Assembly: GCA_950097015.1 (NCBI GenBank)
Contig: CATNEN010000030.1
Location: 496,001 to 560,000, forward strand
DNA length: 64,000 nucleotides
DNA from: Macrostomum hystrix
Lineage: Eukaryota; Animalia; Platyhelminthes
Direction: 5' to 3'
The notes below the pieces were generated by a model. It made no database searches and was not told the origin of the DNA. It was given only the letters and a program-made list of their open reading frames with translations. The translations under genes and the position numbers were made by a program. The stretch's first letter is position 1. Each line of letters begins with the position of its first letter. This document shows, one piece after another, positions 48,019-60,400 of this stretch.

Positions 48019-49719
48019 GAGAACCTCTATCATTTGTAAGATAAAATAATTAACAAGCTGCAAAAGGACAGTCATTCAGATTTGAAGTTTGTCTCAAATT
48101 ATTTTTGCTTATCAGCTAATAAAAAAAATTTAAACCTTTTCCAGAAATTCGGTTGTTTCAGGGACTAACTTAGTTCAAGGGTATAGTTTGGTCTTTGTGA
48201 GGTCAAGACTCAAGATGGCTCTCAGCAGGGCAAGAGTGGTCTTTGGGAGGATTGTTGCTCCTGCTCGTTAAAATGGGAGAAATTAAGTCCTTGGGTGGTT
48301 AACCGGACAAATAACAACTACCCTTATTAAAAGTAATTAATTAAATTTGTTGAATTTTTGTTTCATATGGCTAACTCTCAGCTCTCTGTATATAGGCTAA
48401 TATATATATATATATTTATTTATTTATTTAAATGGAGTTCCCTTCTCCTCATCTGCCACCATCTCGTCTGCAACAGACAAGTTGACTTATTTGTAGACAA
48501 TTGAAATGATATTCATGAGCAGACAAGTTGGTCAACTTGGCCTTAACTAACATGATAAGAAATTAAACACCTTGCTATCATGTTAGTGTACATGCCAGTG
48601 TACAGATAGAAGATCAGCTAGTTTTTTAGTTTGTTGACTATTTGAAATGGATTTATATATACTTTTCATTTCTTATGGTAGACAAGTCTGTATGAAGTTT
48701 CTTTTAAAGATAAGTTGTTAGCAGATAATATAGTAGTAGAAAAAAAGAACAGAATGATGCAAAGACCTTCTAAAAGTAAATGTTTTGTGTAGCTAGCTAC
48801 ATGCTTTAGAACTGACTACCAGACCCCCTAGTCATTTCACTGTGATAAAACTACAGTCACAGTCATGTAAAAGTGTATACCTGAAAATTTGGGTGTGCAT
48901 TTGTGTTGTCTGCCAAATTGGGCATACATACTTGCTCTAATACTATTACTAAATTTTTGGCATGCATGTTTAGTGCTCAAGGTTGGTGTAAAGCATGTGT
49001 ACTATTGTATAACACTATTAGTAAAAAGTAAGAAATAAGGTTATTGAAAATAAAGAATCGACTTACAGCTCATTTGTCTGACTTTTTTACCTTATTATGC
49101 TTTAAGTTTAAAGCATACAAAAACATACTTTGCTTATAACACTTTAGCTTCCTAATTATTTTTCTATTGTGGACTCAACATGATCTAGACTATGCTGATA
49201 GTTCTATATTGTGCCTAGGTGGAAATCCTATTGAATTATTTGGTTATTCTTGTCACTGAAATTTGATTATTTTATATTTATAAAATCTAAAAAGATAAAA
49301 TAAGTGGAAGAATGAACTGTTTAACACACACCAATAGCTAAATTGTTTGTCTTAAGGGTAATTAACACATTTGTAATCACAGCTATCATTGCTCTAAGGT
49401 ATCTAGCATCTATAGTCTGGTTTGTCATCATACAATACCAGTATGAAAAAATTAACCTATTAAAATTATAGAGAGATCATAGGTTACATTCCAAAACTAC
49501 TTTAAATAGCAGGCTTTATAAGGGAATAGTTATCTGTGCAGTCAGTCCATTAAGAAGTGTGTAATAAAGGTTTACTGCCTATTGTATCAGTAATCTCAAA
49601 CTCAAAAGGATTTTAAATTATTTTGTCTTAATAAACTTTGAATTTTAGTATTTGGCTTTTGACATTTTGAAATAAGATTTTAAGTTGATTAGAATGTATT
49701 GACCTATTAGATATTCAGG

Positions 49720-52700
49720 ATGAGAATTGAGCTCGGCCTAAATAAAAGCCTCATTCTGAATAACAGGATGAATCCTGGCGCAGGCTCTGATGGCAGCCAG
49801 GGATTCGCTTCCGAGGATGCAGTACTGCCAGATTCTTGCCAGTCAGTTGAAGATCTGGTTGAGCCATTGCGTCTAAGCTTTGAACGCCTGGGTAAGCGGG
49901 CTGAGAAATGCGCAGTGCGAAAGCACCCAGAAGAAGCCCTCGTGGAGGCCCTGCGCTCCGCTGGCGATTCTCTTCGGCCTAGTCAGCAGCAGCAGCGAAA
50001 CAGTGCCAATGGCGGCGGTGGGGAGAGTGCCGGAGAGCACGAGATCTTGGAGCAGGTATTGCTAGGCTTAGCCGCAACAGAGCAGGTGCTAATTGACCGC
50101 CGCAACAGTCTCTCAGACAGCCTGACAGAATGGATGGAAGCGGCCAAACAGGTGGAACAGAGTCTGGCCGCTCTGCAGGCGGATAAGCGCTCTCTCGTCA
50201 AGACTGGCCAAGATCTGGCTAAGCTCCGACGCCGATTGCTCAATAGTCAAACTAAACAGCAGCAGCAGCAGCAGCAGCAGAGTCAGCATCAGCTGCAGGC
50301 GGCCGAGGCTAATCTCAACGAGTTGCAGCTTGACGTTTCCAACCGCGAGAGCGACGAGCGAAGGCAGCGCGACGCTTATATTGTAAAACTGAATGGACTG
50401 CTTGGCGAGAGGCCGAAATTGTGCGACAAACTGCTCAATCTGATGCGAGCAAGGCTGGCTTATCACGAGCATTGCTTTGCTCATCTGCGCGACAGCCTGC
50501 CCGGGCTTGAGCAGGCGGTGGCCGAGGCTACCTGTCAGTCTGGTCCCTGCTATGGCGAGCCGCTAGAGGGTCATCTAGCCCGGACTGGCCGGCAGGTGGC
50601 TTACGTTATCGACGTGTGCACTGCCGCGCTAAACAGGGAGGATGTGCTGCTTGAAGAGGTGAGGCCTCGCTAGCAGCATGGGCCTGAGTATGGATTGAAG
50701 GAGCCCTACTCAGACTTACTATAAGAATAAACCCTACTCAATCAGACTGAAGGAATGGACCCTACTCAATCAGACTGAAGGAATGGACCCTACTCAATCA
50801 GACTGAAGGAATGGACCCTACTCAATCAGACTGAAGGAATGGACCCTACTCAATCAGACTGAAGGAATGGACCCTACTCAATCAGACTGAAGGAATGGAC
50901 CCTACTCAATCAGACTGAAGGAATGAACCCTACTCAATCAGACTGAAGGAATGGACCCTACTCAATCAGACTGAAGGAATGGACCCTACTCAATCAGACT
51001 GAAGGAATGGACCCTACTCAATCAGACTGAAGGAATGAACCCTACTCAATCAGACTGAAGGAATGAACCCTACTCAATCAGACTGAAGGAATGAACCCTA
51101 CTCAATCAGACTGAAGGAATGAACCCTACTCAATCAGACTGAAGGAATGGACCCTACTCAATCAGACTGAAGGAAGGCCTAGTGTCTGCTGGCTGCAGGT
51201 TTAGTGTAACCAAGTGATGTGCCATTGCCCGCAGACCTCCTGCAATTATTAATTATTTATCCCTACTAAAGCAGACGAAAGAAATTGGCCTTCGACACAC
51301 GAAGCATTAGTAGGTATTCTAAAACAAAAAGCTGGCTGTTAAATATTGGTAAGAAAAAGTCTGCAAAAACTTAATGGTCTTATCAGCCAGCAATTTACAA
51401 ACTAGCTTTCACTTAAATGCAAGCTGCAGGCATAGGGCGAGATTTTTGTCTTATCTGGTCATTTTTGCTGGCCTAAATGTGAACTAAAACCGAACTCTGC
51501 ACTGTCGGTTCAGCTTCAGACAGTCCTGCGCCATTGTTAGACATGATTTGCCCATCTAATCGGTGTTTATTGGGTAATCACCTCAGCCCTTTTGTGTTGC
51601 CAGATGGTCTACGGAGGATAACTATCGTCTGCCAATCTTCTCCCAGAAAAGACAATTATTTAGCTCATGTTTCTCAGCCCAAGTAGACACAAAAGATAAA
51701 AATAAATGTAAAATGTTTTTTTTTCGTGCATAACCCGAGACTGAGAGTTCAGTAATCACTTTTGAGTTCAGGTGTTCTAGTTCATCTGTAAATCCAGTAC
51801 TGACCTCGGACCACCGGTGAATCCAGTACTCACCCGACCAGTGAATCCAGTACTCATCCAACCAGTGAATCCAGTACTCATCCAACCAGTGAATCCAGTA
51901 CTCACCCGACCAGTGGATTCAGTACTCATCCAACCAGTGAATCCAGTACTCACCCGACCAGTGAATCCAGTACTCATCCAACCAGTGAATCCAGTACTCA
52001 CCGGACCAGTGAATCCAGTACTCATCCAACCAGTGAATCCAGTACTCACCCGACCAGTGAATCCAGTACTCAATACTCATCCAACCAGTGAATCCAGTAC
52101 TCACCCAACCAGTGAATTCAGTACTCATCCAACCAGTGAATCCAGTACTCACCCTGCCAGTGAATCTAGTACTCACTCAACCAGTGAATCCAGTACTCAT
52201 CCAACCAGTGAATCCAGTACTCACCCTGCCAGTGAATCTAGTACTCATCCAACCAGTGAATCCAGTACTCATCCAACCAGTGAATCCAGTACTCATCCAA
52301 CCAGTGAATCCAGTACTCACCCTGCCAGTGAATCTAGTACTCATCCAACCAGTGAATCTAGTACTCATCCAACCAGTGAATCCAGTACTCATCCAACCAG
52401 TGAATCCAGTACTCACCCAACCAGTGAATCCAGTACTCATCCAACCAGTGAATCCAGTACTCACCCTGCCAGTGAATCTAGTACTCACTCAACCAGTGAA
52501 TCCAGTACTCATCCAACCAGTGAATCCAGTACTCACCCTGCCAGTGAATCTAGTACTCATCCAACCAGTGAATCCAGTACTCATCCAACCAGTGAATCCA
52601 GTACTCATCCAACCAGTGAATCCAGTACTCACCCTGCCAGTGAATCTAGTACTCATCCAACCAGTGAATCTAGTACTCATCCAACCAGTGAATCCAGTAC

Positions 52701-54395
52701 TCATCCAACCAGTGAATCCAGTACTCACCCTGCCAGTGAATCTAGTACTCACTCAACCAGTGAATCCAGTACTCACTCAACCAGTGAATCCAGTACTCAC
52801 TCAACCAACGAATCCAGTACTCACTCAACCAGTGAATCCAGTACTCACCCAACCAGTGAATCCAGTACTCACCCAACCAGTGAATTCAGTACTCACCCAA
52901 CCAGTGAATCCAGTACTCACTCAACCAGAGAATCCAGTACTCACTCAACCAGTGAATCCAGTACTCACATATCCAGTGAATCCAGTACTCACTCAACCAA
53001 TGAATCCAGTACTCACATATCCAGTGAATCCAGTACTCACTCAACCAGTGAATCCAGTACTCACATATCCAGTGAATCCAGTACTCACTCAACCAGTGAA
53101 TCCAGTACTCACATATCCAGTGAATCCAGTACTCCCTCAACCAGTGAATCCAGTACTCACATATCCAGTGGATCCAGTACTCACTCAACCAGTGAATCCA
53201 GTACTCACTCAACCAGTGAATCACCTCACTCAATCTACTTCCCTGCCGCGCCCCAGGGCCTATTCCGGCTAAACGGACCCAGTGGGTCGGTGCTGAAGCT
53301 GGAGTCCTTCCTAGATGTGATGCGCGCCGACTTTGAAATCAGCCGCTTTGATAGCGCCTCAGTCTGCGGCGCCCTGAAGAAGTACTTGAAGCAACTGCCG
53401 GAGCCACTGGTTAGTCAGGCCTTACTCCCAGCCTGGGCGGAGGCTTGCAACACAGTCGAAGCTGATACTCGCAGATTTCGCATGCACGACTGCTGCCAGC
53501 GACTTCAACGCGAGCGGCCCATTCCTGTACGCCAATCTGCGACATCTCGTCAAGTTTCTAGTTCGAGTGGCCCAGCATCAGGATCGCAACAAGATGTCGG
53601 CTAAGAATTTGGCCATCTGCATTGGTCCAAACATTGCTGCTGGCGGCGGCAACGGCGCCAACATGGAAGAACTTCAATCGGCTAATCTAGGGACGCTTAT
53701 TATGGAAAATCTGCTTCTGATGCACGACTTCTGCTTTGGCGAAGAAGGTAGGATTTTTAATATTAATTGCGCGCTGTCTGGGATGTTATCATTTTGCATA
53801 TAAGTCTAAGTACTCAAGCACTGTATATTATATTTCTCGCAGTCAAAACGATTTTTGCCGATGGCCTTTTCGTTAACCGCGCAGCTCTAGACTCGAATTC
53901 TATTTATTGAACTTCTCGAATTTCTAGGCGGAGTAAGCCTAGTACGAGCTAATAGTATAGTAGTGCTACATTCATTTACAATTCTTTTACGCTCGTATTC
54001 TAACAAACTTTTTTCCCACTCCATTCCCTTATCCCTTCGAATCCGCCAAATTGTCATTGCCTGACAATGCCCCCACACACACAAACACACAAAATGCTGA
54101 CTACAGTTGTCACTGGGAACAGTTTGCAATCCCCCCGAACCGAAGCTGCTCACCTGCACCAGGCTATGCAGAAGCGTCGCGAGTCGCTGCTCAGTCAGCC
54201 TGACTCAGACTGCGCCGCAGCGCCAGTCGCCGCCTCCGCCTCTTCATCATCGTCGTCATCGTCTGCTCTGACGTCGGCTAAAAGTTTTCACGCCGACGTC
54301 TACGATACGGCGTTTGTGCTGCAAAGCCTTCGTGGCGGGGTTGGGGGAGGTGTCGGCGGTGGCATGTCTGCCAGTTTAAATTATGACAATGACCA

Positions 54396-54437
<42 letters not shown>

Positions 54438-57400
54438 CTTTGTGCGCAATGCGCGCCACATATTCGAGGGTAGATTTCTGCAGAAATCGTCCGCCACTTT
54501 ATCACTGGGTGGCGGAGGCGTCAGTGCACAGTCGCCTGATGCTGGTGCCAATCATAGTAGCGAGGCGGCACCCAAGTTGCTGCACTATCGAGGTTAGACA
54601 AAGGCTTAGAGCTCAGTGCGATGCGATGCATTTTCAACTAACTTGTTGTGTTGCACTTTTTGGTGAAGGTAGGTAATGGGGTATGAAGCACTGAAGGTTC
54701 AGGTGGAGATAGCAGCTGAAGCACTGAAGGATCTGATGGAGATAGCAGCTGAAGAACTGAAGGATCAGGTTGAGATAACAGCTGAAGCACGGAAGGATCA
54801 GGTGGAGATGCAGCTGAAGCACGGAAGGTTCAGGTGGAGATAGCAGCTGAAGCACGGAAGGATCAGGTGGAGATAGCAGCTGAAGCACGGAAGGATCAGG
54901 TGGAGATAGCAGCTGAAGCACTGAAGGTTCAGGTGGAGATAGCAGCTGAAGAACTGAAGGTTCTGACGAAGAAGCAGCGGTAGCACATATATTCATAATC
55001 GTTATAAATGGTTAGTCTATTAGTCGATGTTAATTATGCACATTATTAAGAATTTGGTGATAGATACATTTTTGCATTACTTTCTGTTGTCTGCACGACT
55101 CTAATGCCTTCTTTTATTGCTAATTACCATAGCACCGCGGTTCTATTTTTGATATCTCTTTGTTCTGATGGCTAAATTTGTCTTCTTGTACACCTTTCCG
55201 CTAATTAGTAGCTGTTTTCGCTTTTAAATCGCGCACTTTTAAGTTTCATTTCGCAGATGTGACTCATTTGTACCTATTATACCTATTTGTACCTATTAAT
55301 GCTCTATTCTAATTGGTTTGTTTATTCACAAGCTGTCAAACACTTTGATTAAGCATGTTGTACCGCCTGTGCATTGTATAAATAGTGTATATAATTGTCG
55401 TTAGTATAGATAGTTGTTTCTAGCTCGTATGTACTCTGTGCGTACCTATTTGCCTGTAGACTTATCAATGAGTGAATTTAAGAATTTTGATCTAGAGTAT
55501 TGCGGGAAGTAACAAAATGATCTTTGTACCTATAATGGGATAAAATAGATCAAGTCTGCATAAATCCGGTCTATTATATCTGTGCCGGATGTAATAATAT
55601 TAATAATAATTGCAGGAGGGCTGCAGGCAATGGCAAATCATTTGGTGACACCATTCCGCTGACTCCTGAGCACACACACCGTACGCAGGCACACGCTCAC
55701 ACAGGTGTGTACATCTGCCCTGACTTACTCATCGTCAGGCAGTGAAGGCACGTCGTCAAGGCACACGTTCCCGGTGCTCATGTGCGTCAATTGCATGACA
55801 GGACCCAAGCCTTCTTTTTGCGACTGCGCCCCAAATAAATGTGGCCTCGCCGCGGAATCGAAATCAGGGACCCTGGCGCGAGAGGCAAGCGCGTTAACCG
55901 CTCGGCCACCGACCCCATGATAATATATATAAATATAAATTACGCCTAGCCAAGTTGGGCCAGATGTTCAGTCCATGGACTGGGGCACCCCAGCTGATGT
56001 TGGCACCCATTTTACAACTCTGCGAACCGAAGTAATCGGGAATTAAATATCTTGCTCAAGGATACAAGCTGGGAGGGGGGCGGAGAGAAGGCTTGGGGGC
56101 TTGTCATGCAATTTACGCCCTTGAGGGCCAACCTCCAAGACACAGTGAAGTGTACACTGCCTGACGATGAGAAAGTCAGGGCAGATGTACACACCTGTGT
56201 GAGCGTGTGCCTGCGTACAGTATCTGTGTGTGTGCTCAGGAGTCAGCGAAATGGGCAGAATTGCCTCCCCTCTGGCTGCGGGTCTAGTGGCACCAAATTA
56301 TGCGCCATTGCCCGCAGCCCTTATTAAATTCTTACATTATGATTCAAACTGAGATTCAAACTCCCGATGTCTAGGTGAGAATTTCGAAGCTCCAATCACC
56401 GGACTAGGAGCTCCTTATTTTTTAATAAATTGTTCTAAATTAAAATCGGTTCAATTAAATATAAATTCAATGATTCAATAAGCACATTCTCAGTGTAAAT
56501 TGTATTAACACAAATGTGCCATTCTCAATCCTAATTCTGTAAGATCTGCGCTCACCGCCAGCCGAACGTCACTTGGCGATGCCGCTGCCTGCTGACGAGG
56601 CTAGCGCTGGTGCCTCTCTCCCTCTTGTGTCATGTTTTTTTCTACTAGATTTACTTATGTGTTATTTTATTCTTATTTGTTGTCCATCTCCACTGCTGGT
56701 AAATTATTCTTATATGTGTAATCTATCTACCATTCTATGACCCTATTTGTCTAGCATTTAAACTGCTTCACTTCAAACTGCTCATTACCCAACTCATTTT
56801 CAATTGACTGCTTGACACTGTTGCAATCTATTAGTTAGCAATGGCACCAATAGTGCACTGTAGTTATATGCCTATGCATATGCATATCTTTAACTGTGTC
56901 ATTTGCTTCTAAATAGTTAACGTGTCTAAAAATGTTTTTAATTTCAGACACCACCTACATGAGCCTGCCACAGGGCCTACCTGTGCAGCAGCAGCAGCAT
57001 CAGCATCTAACTCTGCCGCCTAAGCCAAGATTCTCTCTTCCTCGCCAATTGTCTGGCACGGACTATTCCGCCGCTGCTTCGGCGGCCGCTGGAAAAAGTC
57101 GACAGACTCTACAGCTAGATAGCACCGACGGGCCGTTGGCTAGACGCGCTGCAGAGTGAGTTTCTTGGGGATTGGAAGTCAGTTGGGTTAATCTGGCTGT
57201 TTGCTTGCTTTGAAATATAAGACAACGGAGTGCTTTGGGCTTGCTTAACGACACCTGCGCAACATAACTCAGCCATAGTCCTGTGCGTCAATGCCTTAGA
57301 TCCTAACTATAATTGTTCCTCCAATTTACATCGACTCAAAGGCCAGGAGTGAATGCCGCTTATCTCATGACGCGCAAAAAATTATTTGCTTGCCTTCGCT

Positions 57401-60400
57401 GTTTTTCTCCGCGATTTCCGTGTTCTCAGACAGTCTGTATTGGACTCTATGGCTTTCATGCTTATTAAACACAGTCTGTATTGGACTCTATGGCTTTCAT
57501 GCTTATTAAACACAGTCTGTATTGGACTCTATGGCTTTCAAGCTTATTAAACACAGTCTGCATTGGACTCTATGGCTTTCATGCTTATTAAACACAGTCT
57601 GCATTGGACTCTATGGCTTTCATGCTTATTAAACACAGTCTGCATTGGACTCTATGGCTTTCATGCTTATTAAACACAGTCTGTATTGGACTCTATGGCT
57701 TTCAAGCTTATTAAACACAGTCTGTATTGGACTCTATGGCTTTCAAGCTTATTAAACACAGTCTGCATTGGACTCTATGGCTTTCAAGCTTATTAAACAC
57801 AGTCTGTATTGGACTCTATGGCTTTCAAGCTTATTAAACACAGTCTGCATTGGACTCTATGGCTTTCATGCTTATTAAACACAGTCTGTATTGGACTCTA
57901 TGGCTTTCAAGCTTATTAAACACAGTCTGCATTGGACTCTATGGCTTTCAAGCTTATTAAACACAGTCTGTATTGGACTCTATGGCTTTCAAGCTTATTA
58001 AACACAGTCTGCATTGGACTCTATGGCTTTCAAGCTTATTAAACACAGTCTGTATTGGACTCTATGGCTTTCAAGCTTATTAAACACAGTCTGTATTGGA
58101 CTCTATGGCTTTCATGCTTATTAAACACAGTCTGCATTGGACTCTATGGCTTTCATGCTTATTAAACACAGTCTGCATTGGACTCTATGGCTTTCATGCT
58201 TATTAAACACAGTCTGTATTGGACTCTATGGCTTTCAAGCTTATTAAACACAGTCTGTATTGGACTCTATGGCTTTCAAGCTTATTAAACACAGTCTGCA
58301 TTGGACTCTATGGCTTTCAAGCTTATTAAACACAGTCTGTATTGGACTCTATGGCTTTCAAGCTTATTAAACACAGTCTGCATTGGACTCTATGGCTTTC
58401 AAGCTTATTAAACACAGTCTGTATTGGACTCTATGGCTTTCAAGCTTATTAAACACAGTCTGTATTGGACTCTATGGCTTTCATGCTTATTAAACACAGT
58501 CTGTATTGGACTCTATGGCTTTCATGCTTATTAAACACAGTCTGCATTGGACTCTATGGCTTTCATGCTTATTAAACACAGTCTGTATTGGACTCTATGG
58601 CTTTCAAGCTTATTAAACACAGTCTGTATTGGACTCTATGGCTTTCAAGCTTATTAAACACAGTCTGTATTGGACTCTATGGCTTTCATGCTTATTAAAC
58701 ACAGTCTGTATTGGACTCTATGGCTTTCAAGCTTATTAAACACAGTCTGCATTGGACTCTATGGCTTTCATGCTTATTAAACACAGTCTGCATTGGACTC
58801 TATGGCTTTCAAGCTTATTAAACACAGTCTGCATTGGACTCTATGGCTTTCATGCTTATTAAACACAGTCTGTATTGGACTCTATGGCTTTCATGCTTAT
58901 TAAACACAGTCTGCATTGGACTCTATGGCTTTCATGCTTATTAAACACAGTCTGCATTGGACTCTATGGCTTTCATGCTTATTAAACACAGTCTGCATTG
59001 GACTCTATGGCTTTCAAGCTTATTAAACACAGTCTGCATTGGACTCTATGGCTTTCAAGCTTATTAAACACAGTCTGCATTGGACTCTATGGCTTTCATG
59101 CTTATTAAACACAGTCTGTATTGGACTCTATGGTTTTCAAGCTTATTAAAGCTTATTAAACACAGTCTGCATTGGACTCTATGGCTTTCATGCTTATTAA
59201 ACACAGTCTGTATTGGACTCTATGGTTTTCAAGCTTATTAAACACAGTCTGTATTGGACTCTATGGCTTTCAAGCTTATTAAACACAGTCTGCATTGGAA
59301 CATAGGCTCCTATGTTTGCTATGTTTTATTTGTTTCAGTAAAATCTGACTTCTAATGTTAACAAAAGCATTTATGCGAATATCTACTCGTAATACTCTAG
59401 TTTAGCTACTGTGTGACGTGAAATACTGACAAACAGTTAAAACCGCCCAACGCCCGCCTTTGCCAGAAAGAATAGTATCAGCCAGTTTGTCTGCAAAATC
59501 AAATCCAAAGGCAGCTTTAAGATAAATCGGTCTGTTAAAATCTATCAGTGATTAGACTATTAGATAACCCAGTTTTTTGTGCATTACCTAAAATTTTGCA
59601 TGTCTGTTTTCTTCAGAATTCTAGTGAGCTAATAAAACTTTAATGAAGAAGGTGCAATAATGATTTCTTTGAAGTCAATTTTGTTGGTCAATATAGTATT
59701 TTTTAAATACAGTGTGTTGAGCTCGTATAGACACTTTCTGCACAGTTTACTTGGCTGCTGTAAGTGCATTTTTGTGATTCTTTTGGCCAAATCATTCTTA
59801 CAGTTTCACCAGTGCTCACGTGCATCAGCAGCAGCAGCAGCATGGCCTAGAGATAGTACGATCTAAATCAATTGCCTGTCGCATTTATAAACTTTTTTTG
59901 CATTTTCACGTATCCAATTCTCTTTTTTTGCACGCCATTAGCATATTTTTTCGATACACTGTAACAAGCGTCTGGGCTGGTGTACTGGTTCATTCCTCTC
60001 TGTCTCACCTCACAATAACGAGTAATTATTAGGTTTCTGAGGAGTTAAAGCGTTTGAACTCTACATTTTTTACTTATTAACAAGAAACCTGCAAGAATAT
60101 CATTTTTCTTTTGTTGTGTATAGGGCTTGTTAAAAAAGTTATCGCCTTTAGTAATATTATCATAAATAAAAAAACTAACTTTTTTAAACAACTTAGCTGC
60201 GGTGCAGCTTTTCTGTTAAATAGCCTAACACAAAAAGGAACATCTCAGATATTAACAGAGCAGAATCATAATTCCTAACTCTCTCAACCCAAATATGCAC
60301 ACAGCCACCACCTCCAACCCCTAATTTTCTAACCCCAAAAGTACACTCACCCAGTCAACCCCTAGCTCTCTAACCCCAAATTTTCACTCACCCCAGTCGA

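Noticed and set aside
51817-53604. 595-aa mucin-like ORF running into the RhoGAP exon
   Set aside because: The 24-bp repeat lies inside the phase-0 intron 50659-53256; EE|GLFR joins correctly without it.
57430-59298. CRISPR-like appearance of regular 28-41-bp repeats (also 20312-22640 and 50703-51178)
   Set aside because: Units are head-to-tail with no unique spacers, there are no cas genes, and the context is eukaryotic introns.
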